From: Candidatus Nanoanaerosalina archaeon
GTDB lineage: Archaea; Nanohalarchaeota; Nanosalinia; Nanosalinales; Nanoanaerosalinaceae
Direction: 5' to 3'
Length of the DNA stretch: 33,215 nucleotides
Assembly (NCBI GenBank): GCA_022729275.1
Contig: JALDAH010000003.1
Span: 1-33,215, forward strand
The notes beneath the pieces were generated by a model. The model did not search any database. It saw only the letters and a list, made by a program, of their open reading frames with translations, and was not told the origin of the DNA. The position numbers were made by a program, and so were the translations under genes. This document shows positions 1 to 7,923 of the stretch, piece by piece (position 1 is the stretch's first letter; every line of letters starts with the position of its first letter).

Positions 1-435
1 CAGGTTACTGCTGACTTTAAGCAGGCTGTTTCGGGTAATATCATGTCAGAGGTGCAGATGCAAACCAAGTCGATGGAAGACATAAACAGGATAGAGTCCA
101 AATACGGAGCACAGTTCGCCAGAAGGATAACTTCGGAGGAAGTGGGTACAGGTATGATCCAGAACCCACAGTACAACGATGGAGACCCATGGTTCGTTGA
201 CTTCAGACCTACACTTCACAACCCTCACAAGATCACAGACAGCAAGTTGGAGAGTTATTACGAATACACCGATAGGATAGACAAGCTGAAGGCAAAAGTG
301 GATAAAATGGAAGAGAAAGGAAAGAACGTCTACGACTTCAGGTTAGAACTTAAGCTTGCCGAGGACAAGCTAAAACAGGGACGTTTCAAGATGGCTAAGA
401 TGTATGTTGAGTCCCTAGAGGACAAAATAAAGTAA
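1..435 (+). CDS. C-terminal part of a probable HerA/DUF87-like ATPase (5' truncated by window edge)
   Basis: Frame is open from base 1 (QVTADFKQAVSGNIMSEVQMQTK...GTGMIQNPQYNDGDPWFVDFRP). This resembles the post-Walker-B region of archaeal HerA/VirB4-like ATPases, followed by a coiled-coil tail. Walker motifs are outside the window. Confidence 0.55.
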   Translation, partial: QVTADFKQAVSGNIMSEVQMQTKSMEDINRIESKYGAQFARRITSEEVGTGMIQNPQYNDGDPWFVDFRPTLHNPHKITDSKLESYYEYTDRIDKLKAKVDKMEEKGKNVYDFRLELKLAEDKLKQGRFKMAKMYVESLEDKIK

Positions 436-441
436 AATTTT

Positions 442-2115
442 TTAATTGTGGGTGAAGAAACAAGTTACCTCTTCACTTCCCACATCCACAGGATTGACGA
501 AACCCTTTCTTATGAACTGTATGACCTCTCCATCTTCCTCCAGATTTGACTCGCAGAAACCTGTTTTCTCATTGCCGTTGGGCATAAGTATAGTGCATTT
601 TTTGTTGTCCTCAGCTGGAAGCCACTGTATGATAGGAAGATTATTATCTAGAGCGTAATCTATACCACCTCCAACTATCTTTACTCCTTCTTCCTCTATC
701 TTTATGTTCAGAAGATCTTTCAACCTGATCTCTTTACCTTCCTCAAAATCATCTTTCTCTATCAGAACTTTGATAACACCGTCTTCAGGTACTACCTCTA
801 TTTCTCTGAAACCTCTTTCGGGAAATTCAGGGTGTAGATCAGCTTCAGCGACTTTTTTCTCGTTTACTCCTTTTATATCAAGTTCGACAGGATTTTCCAC
901 GAAAAAATATCTGTCCGCTTCCTCATCAATTATCTTCCTGTTCTCTGTATACAGGCTCTTTACGGGAACTGTCACATTGCTTTCGGACATTCCGAAAGAA
1001 AGCACAAAGTTCCGGATCGCTTCAGGTTTGAAACCTCTCTTCTTGAGCGACTTTAACGACCATGTCCTAGGGTCTTCCCAGCCGATGTATTTTCCCTCAT
1101 CGATATTCTTTTTCGCCTTTGAAGTTGAGATGGTTATACCTTTGATGTTCATAAGGCCGTGGTTCAGTATCTCCGGTTCTTCCCATCCAAGAAGGTTCCA
1201 CATATACCTTTCCATCTTGTTCTCCATCATGAGGTCTTTACCTCTCAGTATATGTGTCATTCCGAGTTCATGGTCATCTATAGCCCATGAAAATTCCAAC
1301 ATCGGCCAGACATCGTAATCCCTGTCCACCATGGGATGATCGACGTGAGAGACTCTTAAGAGAACTCTATCCCTGAAAGCAGGGTCTTTATGCTTCATAT
1401 CTGTTTTTAATCTTACAACAGCTTCTCCCTGAGTATAGTAACCTTCAAGCATTTTTTTCCACTCTTCAAGGTTTTCTTTGGGAGTATTTTTTCTGTGAGA
1501 ACATTCTAAACCTTTTTTACGGTTTTCTCTCAGTTTTTTGGCGTTACACTTGCAGACATATGCCCATCCCTCTTCGAGGAATTTTTCACCGTACTCGTAG
1601 AAAATATTCATCCTGTCCGATTTTCTTATTATCTCATCTATCTCTATCCCGAGCCATTCAAGGTCTTTAGGTATTTCCTCATAAGCCTCTGGGATGGGTT
1701 TTTTATCCTCACTTCCTGCAGTATCATCTATCACTAGATATAATTTACCATCATATTTTTTGACGTATTCATCGTTCAAAACAGCCATTCTTGCATTTCC
1801 TATGTGTAGCATACCTGAAGGAAAAGGAGCCATACGCATGACAACTCCTTTTTCTTCATCTACATTGGGTAGTTCCGGAAGACCATCATCATGTTCTTTT
1901 TCAAAGTATTCGTGTTCCTCCATCTCTCTAAGAATTTCTTCTTCTGATAACTGGTTGATCTTTTTTATCACTTCTTCAGCCTTTTTAACGACTTTACCAG
2001 CGTCTTTCTTCAGTTCAGGGTTGTCGGCAAATACTTTACCTATAACAGCTTTTTTCTGAGCCTCACCGTAATCAGCCCTGTTCTTCAAGGCGTATTTCCT
2101 GATAAGGTCTTCCAT
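442..2115 (-). CDS. gltX: Glutamate--tRNA ligase, archaeal type
   Basis: RMAPFPSGMLHIGN (HIGH motif), THILRGKD, ISTSK (KMSKS equivalent), GWEDPR; SD GAGGTG upstream. Confidence 0.97.
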   Translation of the reverse strand: MEDLIRKYALKNRADYGEAQKKAVIGKVFADNPELKKDAGKVVKKAEEVIKKINQLSEEEILREMEEHEYFEKEHDDGLPELPNVDEEKGVVMRMAPFPSGMLHIGNARMAVLNDEYVKKYDGKLYLVIDDTAGSEDKKPIPEAYEEIPKDLEWLGIEIDEIIRKSDRMNIFYEYGEKFLEEGWAYVCKCNAKKLRENRKKGLECSHRKNTPKENLEEWKKMLEGYYTQGEAVVRLKTDMKHKDPAFRDRVLLRVSHVDHPMVDRDYDVWPMLEFSWAIDDHELGMTHILRGKDLMMENKMERYMWNLLGWEEPEILNHGLMNIKGITISTSKAKKNIDEGKYIGWEDPRTWSLKSLKKRGFKPEAIRNFVLSFGMSESNVTVPVKSLYTENRKIIDEEADRYFFVENPVELDIKGVNEKKVAEADLHPEFPERGFREIEVVPEDGVIKVLIEKDDFEEGKEIRLKDLLNIKIEEEGVKIVGGGIDYALDNNLPIIQWLPAEDNKKCTILMPNGNEKTGFCESNLEEDGEVIQFIRKGFVNPVDVGSEEVTCFFTHN

Positions 2116-2130
2116 TTTGACACCTCGGCT

Positions 2131-3444
2131 TCAAATATCTACCGTATTTCCGTTTTCAAGCAGGAACAAATCTTCGTTAAGAGTGTAACCCTCTTCTCTA
2201 GCCAGTGTCACATGAGATGCAAGCATCTCTGTTGTTCCATGGCTTGGGATAAAGTTTTTAGGTTTCAACATCAAAAGTAGATCTCTACAATCTTCCCTTT
2301 TTGCGTGTCCAGAAACATGAACTTCGCTAATGACTCTTCCTCCTTCTCTTTTGATCATCTTGTCAAGCCTGTATCTGCTTGCTCTGTTCAAAGGATTAGG
2401 GATCACGGAAGATGAGAAAATTATGTTATCACCTTCTTCGATCTCAATGGGGTACTCTCCCTTGGCAATCCTGGTAAGGGCTGCTCCAGGTTCTCCCTGA
2501 TGACCTGTACAGATAACAAGCCATTCGCTCTTTTCCTTAGAAATTTTTTCAAGAAGTTCGTTGGTTTCATCCCAGTAACTAACCACCTCAACATCATCGA
2601 GATTTATCATACCCATTTCTTCGGCTGAACCGGTGTACTCTTTCAGAGATCTTCCTATAAGTGCAACCTTTCTTCTTTCATTGTTAGCCTTTAATATGCT
2701 TATAAGCCTCTCTATGTGAGACGAAAAGGTGGTTATGAAAACTCCTTTATCATCCTGATATGCCTGGTCGATAGTGTGCACAAGCTCTGTACTCACAATA
2801 CTTTCTGACATACATCTACCAGGTTCATCAACCCTTGTGGAGTCACCTATAAATGCTTTTACACCTTCTTCTCCGAGTTCCCTGATCCTTTCATAGTCAG
2901 GAATATCTCCAAGTACAGGATCATCGTCAAGCCTGTTGTCAAGTCCATAAACCATTGTACCATCGTTGGTGTGTACAGCTGTAAGTACAGCTCCTGGTAT
3001 GGAGTGGGTCACGTTAATAAACTCTATGGCTATGTTTTCGCTTGCTTGGTAGCTTTCACCGGGTTCCATTTCAATCAGTTCATTTTCAAGACTTTTTCTG
3101 TCTTCTTTAACCATACGCCTTAGAACGCTCATCGTGAACGGTGTAGCGATTATAGGGCAGTCATAGGAACCTGCAAGTTTGGGTACTCCTCCAACGTGGT
3201 CAAGATGCCCGTGACCTATTACTATTGCCTTGACCTTATCTTTCTTATCGTGAATTTTAGAATCGTCAGGTATTGCACCGGTTTGTATAGTTTCTTTTGT
3301 TGTTAATTCTTCGATCTCTTGATCTTTTTCTACGACTTCTTCCATGTCGTAGCCCATGTCGATTAGAACTATGCCGTTTTCAACTTCTACTGCGGTCATG
3401 TTCTTTCCGACCTGATTATATCCTCCTATTGCATGTATTTTCAT
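2131..3444 (-). CDS. rnj: Ribonuclease J (beta-CASP metallo-beta-lactamase), archaeal type
   Basis: GGYNQVGKNMT, HGHLDH, THSIPG, TTFSSH, TGHQGEP, HVSGH, PSHG motifs. Confidence 0.93.
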   Translation of the reverse strand: MKIHAIGGYNQVGKNMTAVEVENGIVLIDMGYDMEEVVEKDQEIEELTTKETIQTGAIPDDSKIHDKKDKVKAIVIGHGHLDHVGGVPKLAGSYDCPIIATPFTMSVLRRMVKEDRKSLENELIEMEPGESYQASENIAIEFINVTHSIPGAVLTAVHTNDGTMVYGLDNRLDDDPVLGDIPDYERIRELGEEGVKAFIGDSTRVDEPGRCMSESIVSTELVHTIDQAYQDDKGVFITTFSSHIERLISILKANNERRKVALIGRSLKEYTGSAEEMGMINLDDVEVVSYWDETNELLEKISKEKSEWLVICTGHQGEPGAALTRIAKGEYPIEIEEGDNIIFSSSVIPNPLNRASRYRLDKMIKREGGRVISEVHVSGHAKREDCRDLLLMLKPKNFIPSHGTTEMLASHVTLAREEGYTLNEDLFLLENGNTVDI

Positions 3445-3519
3445 AGTTATTACCTCATTTAGAGTAAAAAAAATTATCTTGAATTGTAAAAAAATTGTAT
3501 TCCTTTAAACAGTTGAACA

Positions 3520-4101
3520 TTAAACCTTATAAAACATGTAAAAAACAACCCCTGACAGGAAAAGAAAAATCAAAAAGGGAGTTGTCAAACCAGTAGATTC
3601 AACTACTTCACCATCTATTGATACTGGATCGACCATAACAGTTACAGAGTCCATGTCATCAAGATGAGTTGTTTCTGATACAGCCTCGGAAATCAGTTCG
3701 GCCTGTCCCTGATGTAAGCCTGATATGTCACCTGAAGATGAGGGTTTAGCAGTATAGCTAATCTTAAAATCCTCTCCGGGACCCAGTTTCAACCTGCAGT
3801 CAAGATTTTTGTTACAACACAACTCATCAGTCTCGGTATCGAATTCGCATTCATCTAGGTCTTCAACCTCTTGATGAGATTCGATTATGTCTATGTTTAT
3901 AAGGTTCATGGCACCTCCCCTGAACTCCGTACTAATTATATCTCCTTCGGTTATAGGATTCCTGACCTTTATAAAAAAGTCCCTGGATTGTCCTATGCTC
4001 AGACGCATATCGTCAAGAGGTATTTCTTCCTGTGCTAAAGCTGAAAGTGGAAGCAAACTTATTAGAAACAGGAGGAGTAACAGGGAACATGTCTTTCTCA
4101 T
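3520..4101 (-). CDS. Hypothetical secreted protein with C-terminal membrane anchor
   Basis: Start reassigned to ATG 4101. Signal peptide MRKTCSLLLLLFLISLLPLSALA, acidic Cys-containing body, C-terminal STGL plus hydrophobic helix plus K. Confidence 0.75.
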   Translation of the reverse strand: MRKTCSLLLLLFLISLLPLSALAQEEIPLDDMRLSIGQSRDFFIKVRNPITEGDIISTEFRGGAMNLINIDIIESHQEVEDLDECEFDTETDELCCNKNLDCRLKLGPGEDFKISYTAKPSSSGDISGLHQGQAELISEAVSETTHLDDMDSVTVMVDPVSIDGEVVESTGLTTPFLIFLFLSGVVFYMFYKV

Positions 4102-4141
4102 ATAATGATTATATGTGTATTCCGGTTTATTAAAATATTTA

Positions 4142-4927
4142 TCAGTCGAAGCAAATACCCGCAAAACCTGTTGTCTGAGATTCAAGTATCGGGTCAGAGG
4201 TCTTTATTTTATGTCCAAAGAGATGGAATTTTTCAAATTTTTCACGGGATTTAATGCCTGTCAATACAGATCTCCACCCACTCATATTATAACTTTCGCC
4301 CATCTTTTTGAACTTTGCCTTCTCCAGATTACCTCTCAGACAGTTCAATATTTTTGTGTTGTACTTTTTAATGGTTTCTCTACCTTTTTCCTCTGAAGTT
4401 GCAAGGTTTGAACATGTTATTAGAAGATCCTGAGGGTTCAAGACTTCGCTAATTTTTTCAACAGCTTTTTCCCAAGTTTTTTCATCCAAATTGTTTTCGA
4501 TCATTATAGGAACTACTTTAAAATCCTCCATGAGCACCTGTAAGAATATAAGTTGCATCTCCACAAACGGCAGGTGGAACAGGTCGTCTCTCTTTTCGAA
4601 ATGTTCGGAAAAATCCAGCTGAATTGTGAAGTTCTTGTCGATTTCAACTTCTCCCAGAGGAGTTTTGAACCCTTCATCAACATAACTTATCTCTGGACCT
4701 GTTTTTACTGGAGGACTGCCGATTATAACAACATTGTTGAATTTTGAGAAATCTAATGCTGAATAAAGTTTTCCATAAACATTTCCACAGTCTGATAAAC
4801 CTTCTTCAGGGGATACGACAAGTTTTGGAACCACACCTAATTTGGGATGTTCTTTTAGAAACGATCTGACATCCTTTTCCAGAGTATTGGGATTGTTGGG
4901 GTAGTAACCCGATGAACTTTCAAACAT
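4142..4927 (-). CDS. MEMO1 family (AmmeMemoRadiSam protein B-like) protein, degenerate active site
   Basis: N-terminal SGYYP, FKTPLGEVEID, EMQLIFLQ, C-terminal TTGFAGICF; canonical position downstream of rps2. Confidence 0.85.
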   Translation of the reverse strand: MFESSSGYYPNNPNTLEKDVRSFLKEHPKLGVVPKLVVSPEEGLSDCGNVYGKLYSALDFSKFNNVVIIGSPPVKTGPEISYVDEGFKTPLGEVEIDKNFTIQLDFSEHFEKRDDLFHLPFVEMQLIFLQVLMEDFKVVPIMIENNLDEKTWEKAVEKISEVLNPQDLLITCSNLATSEEKGRETIKKYNTKILNCLRGNLEKAKFKKMGESYNMSGWRSVLTGIKSREKFEKFHLFGHKIKTSDPILESQTTGFAGICFD

Positions 4928-4962
4928 AAAGAATTAATTGGATGAGGAGAGGGATAAAGTTT

Positions 4963-5571
4963 TCATTCCTCTTCCTCTTCAGCCGACTCGTCAGCCTCGA
5001 ACTCCTTGATATTGAATCCAAAGTCATCGTCTGAATCAATGATATCTCTGTTTTTCAGGTATTCTCTTGCCAATAGATAGTATACAACCGCAAGAGATTT
5101 TCTCCCCTTGTTGTTACAAGGAATAGCATAATCGATGTATTCTAATTTGTTAACTGTATCACAAAGAGATATTACAGGTATTCTTGCTTCAATAGCTTCG
5201 TCAGCAGCTTGACTATCTTCCAAAGGGTCTGTGATAACTATGACCTTTGGTTCTATGAAATCGTCATTGTTGGGGTTTGTCAGGGTTCCCGGCATGAATC
5301 TTCCATAGATGTTTCTGGCTCCTGTTGCTTCTGAGAACTTGACAATAGGTTTATGGCCTATCTCCTTTCTTGAAATCACAAGAATGTCTTCCGGATCATA
5401 TCTCGATAGAAACTTTCCAGCGATCTCAATCCTTTCATTAGTTTTATCTAGATCAATTATAGCCAGTTTGTTTTTTTTCACTCTGTAAATAAAGGGTTTC
5501 ATGTCTTCTACCCTTCTTCTTGTACCGATGTTGACACCTGCTGAAAGATACTTTTCTTTTTCAATAAGCAT
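4963..5571 (-). CDS. rps2: 30S ribosomal protein S2 (uS2)
   Basis: YLSAGVNIG, GRFMPGTLTNP, IPCNNKGRKSL; start reassigned to ATG 5571 behind SD GGAGG. Confidence 0.97.
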   Translation of the reverse strand: MLIEKEKYLSAGVNIGTRRRVEDMKPFIYRVKKNKLAIIDLDKTNERIEIAGKFLSRYDPEDILVISRKEIGHKPIVKFSEATGARNIYGRFMPGTLTNPNNDDFIEPKVIVITDPLEDSQAADEAIEARIPVISLCDTVNKLEYIDYAIPCNNKGRKSLAVVYYLLAREYLKNRDIIDSDDDFGFNIKEFEADESAEEEEE

Positions 5572-5678
5572 AGTTATTCCTCCTATTAAGTCACTATCAG
5601 AGATTACAAGTAAATATTTATAAAATCCCTTCCGATCAGGTTTTATCAATAAAAAGTTCGGTCGTCATCAAAAAGAAC

Positions 5679-6443
5679 ATGAAACTCATAGACAACCACT
5701 GCCACCTTGACTTTCCACATTATGAAAAGGACAGGGAAGAGGTGATGGAAAAATGTATGGAGAAGCTGGAACTAGTCGTTAATTCCGGATCATCTCCTGA
5801 AAACAACATGTCCTCTCTGGAACTATCAAGAAAGTATGAAGGTTTCATTTATCCTACTATGGGTATGCACCCTGTTAAAATAGATGGTATGGGTTTAGAA
5901 CAGCTTGAGAAGGTTAAGCAAAATATAAGGGAACATCAAAAAGAGATTGTTGCGGTTGGAGAGATAGGGATGGACTATCATCACGAGACATCAAAGGAGG
6001 GCAGAAAAAAACAGGAGAGATTCTTCAAGAGATTACTGAAGCTTGGAGAGGAGACAGGTCTACCTGTTGTTGTTCATTCTAGGGATGCCGAAAAAAGAGT
6101 TCTTGACATCTTAGAGGATTATGAATTAGAATCTGTTATTATGCACTGCTTCAATGGTGATATGAACATGGTTGAAATAGCGGTAAAAAGAGATTATTAT
6201 ATATCTGTTTCCACACAGGTCCTTTACTCCAAAAGAGTCGGTAACATAGTTGAAAATACGCCCGTTGAGAATATACTTCTTGAAACCGATGCTCCTTTTT
6301 TGTACCCCGGCGATGGAAGGAACTTTCCCTACAAAGTACATGAATCGCTGATCAAGATAGCTGACATAACTGGTAGGGAGGAAGAAAAGCTTGGAAAAAT
6401 TTTCAATAGAAACACAAGGAATGCCTACCTAAAGGTTTTCTGA
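5679..6443 (+). CDS. tatD: TatD family nuclease/hydrolase
   Basis: DNHCH, GMHP, AVGEIGMD, VVHSR, MHCF, LLETDAP. Confidence 0.95.
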   Translation: MKLIDNHCHLDFPHYEKDREEVMEKCMEKLELVVNSGSSPENNMSSLELSRKYEGFIYPTMGMHPVKIDGMGLEQLEKVKQNIREHQKEIVAVGEIGMDYHHETSKEGRKKQERFFKRLLKLGEETGLPVVVHSRDAEKRVLDILEDYELESVIMHCFNGDMNMVEIAVKRDYYISVSTQVLYSKRVGNIVENTPVENILLETDAPFLYPGDGRNFPYKVHESLIKIADITGREEEKLGKIFNRNTRNAYLKVF

Positions 6444-6483
6444 CCGGCAAAACTTTTAACATTTAAAATTTATTTAAAGTATT

Positions 6484-7284
6484 ATGGCTGTCAAAAAGAA
6501 GGAACAAAATCTAAAAGACGTTAAAAACTTCATATTTGACCTTGATAGTACTGTATGGCATTGGAATAAACTTATTCCAGGTGTTAAACAGACTATTAGA
6601 AGGCTGGAAGCTAAAGGTAAGGACGTTTATTACGTTACTAATAATTCTATACTCACAAGAAAAGAATTTGCCGAAAAACTTTCGGATCTTGGTCTGAAAA
6701 CCGAGAAAGACAATGTTATCTGCAGTTCTTATGTGGCGGCCCAGGTATTTGCTGACAAGAACATTGACAGAGTCTATGCTATAGGCGAAAAGGGCCTATT
6801 GGATGAACTTGGTAAAGAGCATATCACGAAGTCCGATGATGCAGACCACGTTATAGTTGGTGTTGACAGGAATTTCAGTTACTGGAAGATGGCCAAAGCG
6901 GCCGAAGCCATAAGGTACGGTGCGAAGCTTTGGACCACGGCTTATGGAGAAAACTTTAGAGCTGGGGACAGGATTCTTCCGGGAACAGGCGCTCTACTTG
7001 AATCTGTTAAGAGAGCTGCTGATGTTGAAGATGCCGAGCTTATAGGAAAACCTTCAGACCATATGACCAAAATAATAAAGGATGAATTTCCTGTTCTCAC
7101 AAACAGAACAGTTCTTATAGGAGACCATTTGCAGACGGATATAGTTACAGGAAACAAATTAGGTATCAAGACAGGTCTTGTACTTGGAGGAACATCCAAG
7201 AAAGAAGATCTTTCGGACATAGAGAGTATCGAAAGACCTAATTTTGTTTTCAAGGACTTCAAGAGAATATTAAGGAAAGTTTAA
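6484..7284 (+). CDS. HAD-IIA (NagD-like) phosphatase
   Basis: FDLDST (motif I), VTNNS, IGKPS, IGDHLQTDI. Confidence 0.92.
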   Translation: MAVKKKEQNLKDVKNFIFDLDSTVWHWNKLIPGVKQTIRRLEAKGKDVYYVTNNSILTRKEFAEKLSDLGLKTEKDNVICSSYVAAQVFADKNIDRVYAIGEKGLLDELGKEHITKSDDADHVIVGVDRNFSYWKMAKAAEAIRYGAKLWTTAYGENFRAGDRILPGTGALLESVKRAADVEDAELIGKPSDHMTKIIKDEFPVLTNRTVLIGDHLQTDIVTGNKLGIKTGLVLGGTSKKEDLSDIESIERPNFVFKDFKRILRKV

Positions 7285-7847
7285 CTTTTTTCATTATTGA
7301 TGAAATCTTTGAGTTCGTCCACAGCTTTTTTCCTGTGAGAAATACGCTTTTTTGTTTCTATGTCCTCCGCAAAGGTATTTTCATGGTTTTCCGGTATGAA
7401 GACAGGGTCGTAACCGAATCCTCCGGATCCTCTCTTATCTCTAGAAATTTTTCCACGACACTTACCGGAAAAAGTCTTGACATCACCGTTTTTAGGGAAA
7501 TATATGGCTATGCTGGTTTTGAAAAAAGCTTTACGGTTATCCAGATTTTTCATGAGTTTTAAAAGACCTTCCTCACCACACTTTTTTATAAAAAAACCTG
7601 ACATTGAGCCTGGAAAACCGTTGAGAGATTTCACATAAAGACCTGAATCCTCAACCATCACAGGACTATCCACACCTGCTGCTTCAAACGAATCCCGGGC
7701 CTTCTTCCTTGCTACATCCTCTACGTCTTCATCATCAGTTTCCGGCACATTAACATTCAGTCTTTTGATTTTCAGATCAAAATCTTTCAAAGCGTGTCCG
7801 AACTCTCTGACCTTGTTATCGTTGCTAGTTGCAAAAAATATTTCCAT
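7281..7847 (-). CDS. rdgB: Non-canonical purine NTP pyrophosphatase (Ham1/RdgB/ITPase)
   Basis: FATSNDNK, EDSGL, GFPG, GFGYDPVF, SHR. Confidence 0.95.
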   Translation of the reverse strand: MEIFFATSNDNKVREFGHALKDFDLKIKRLNVNVPETDDEDVEDVARKKARDSFEAAGVDSPVMVEDSGLYVKSLNGFPGSMSGFFIKKCGEEGLLKLMKNLDNRKAFFKTSIAIYFPKNGDVKTFSGKCRGKISRDKRGSGGFGYDPVFIPENHENTFAEDIETKKRISHRKKAVDELKDFINNEKS

Positions 7848-7923
7848 AACTAAAGTTGTTTACCTAGTTTTAAATTTTTGAGAAGTTCTACTATTTCAGG
7901 TATACAGGGTAAAACTAAAAAAC

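Noticed and set aside
1-435. HerA-like ATPase as part of a defence or conjugation system
   Set aside because: Only the C-terminus is visible and no partner genes lie in the window
704-1318. 204-aa and other Ser/Phe-rich antisense ORFs throughout the track
   Set aside because: Shadows of Glu/Lys-rich genes on the opposite strand, with no motifs
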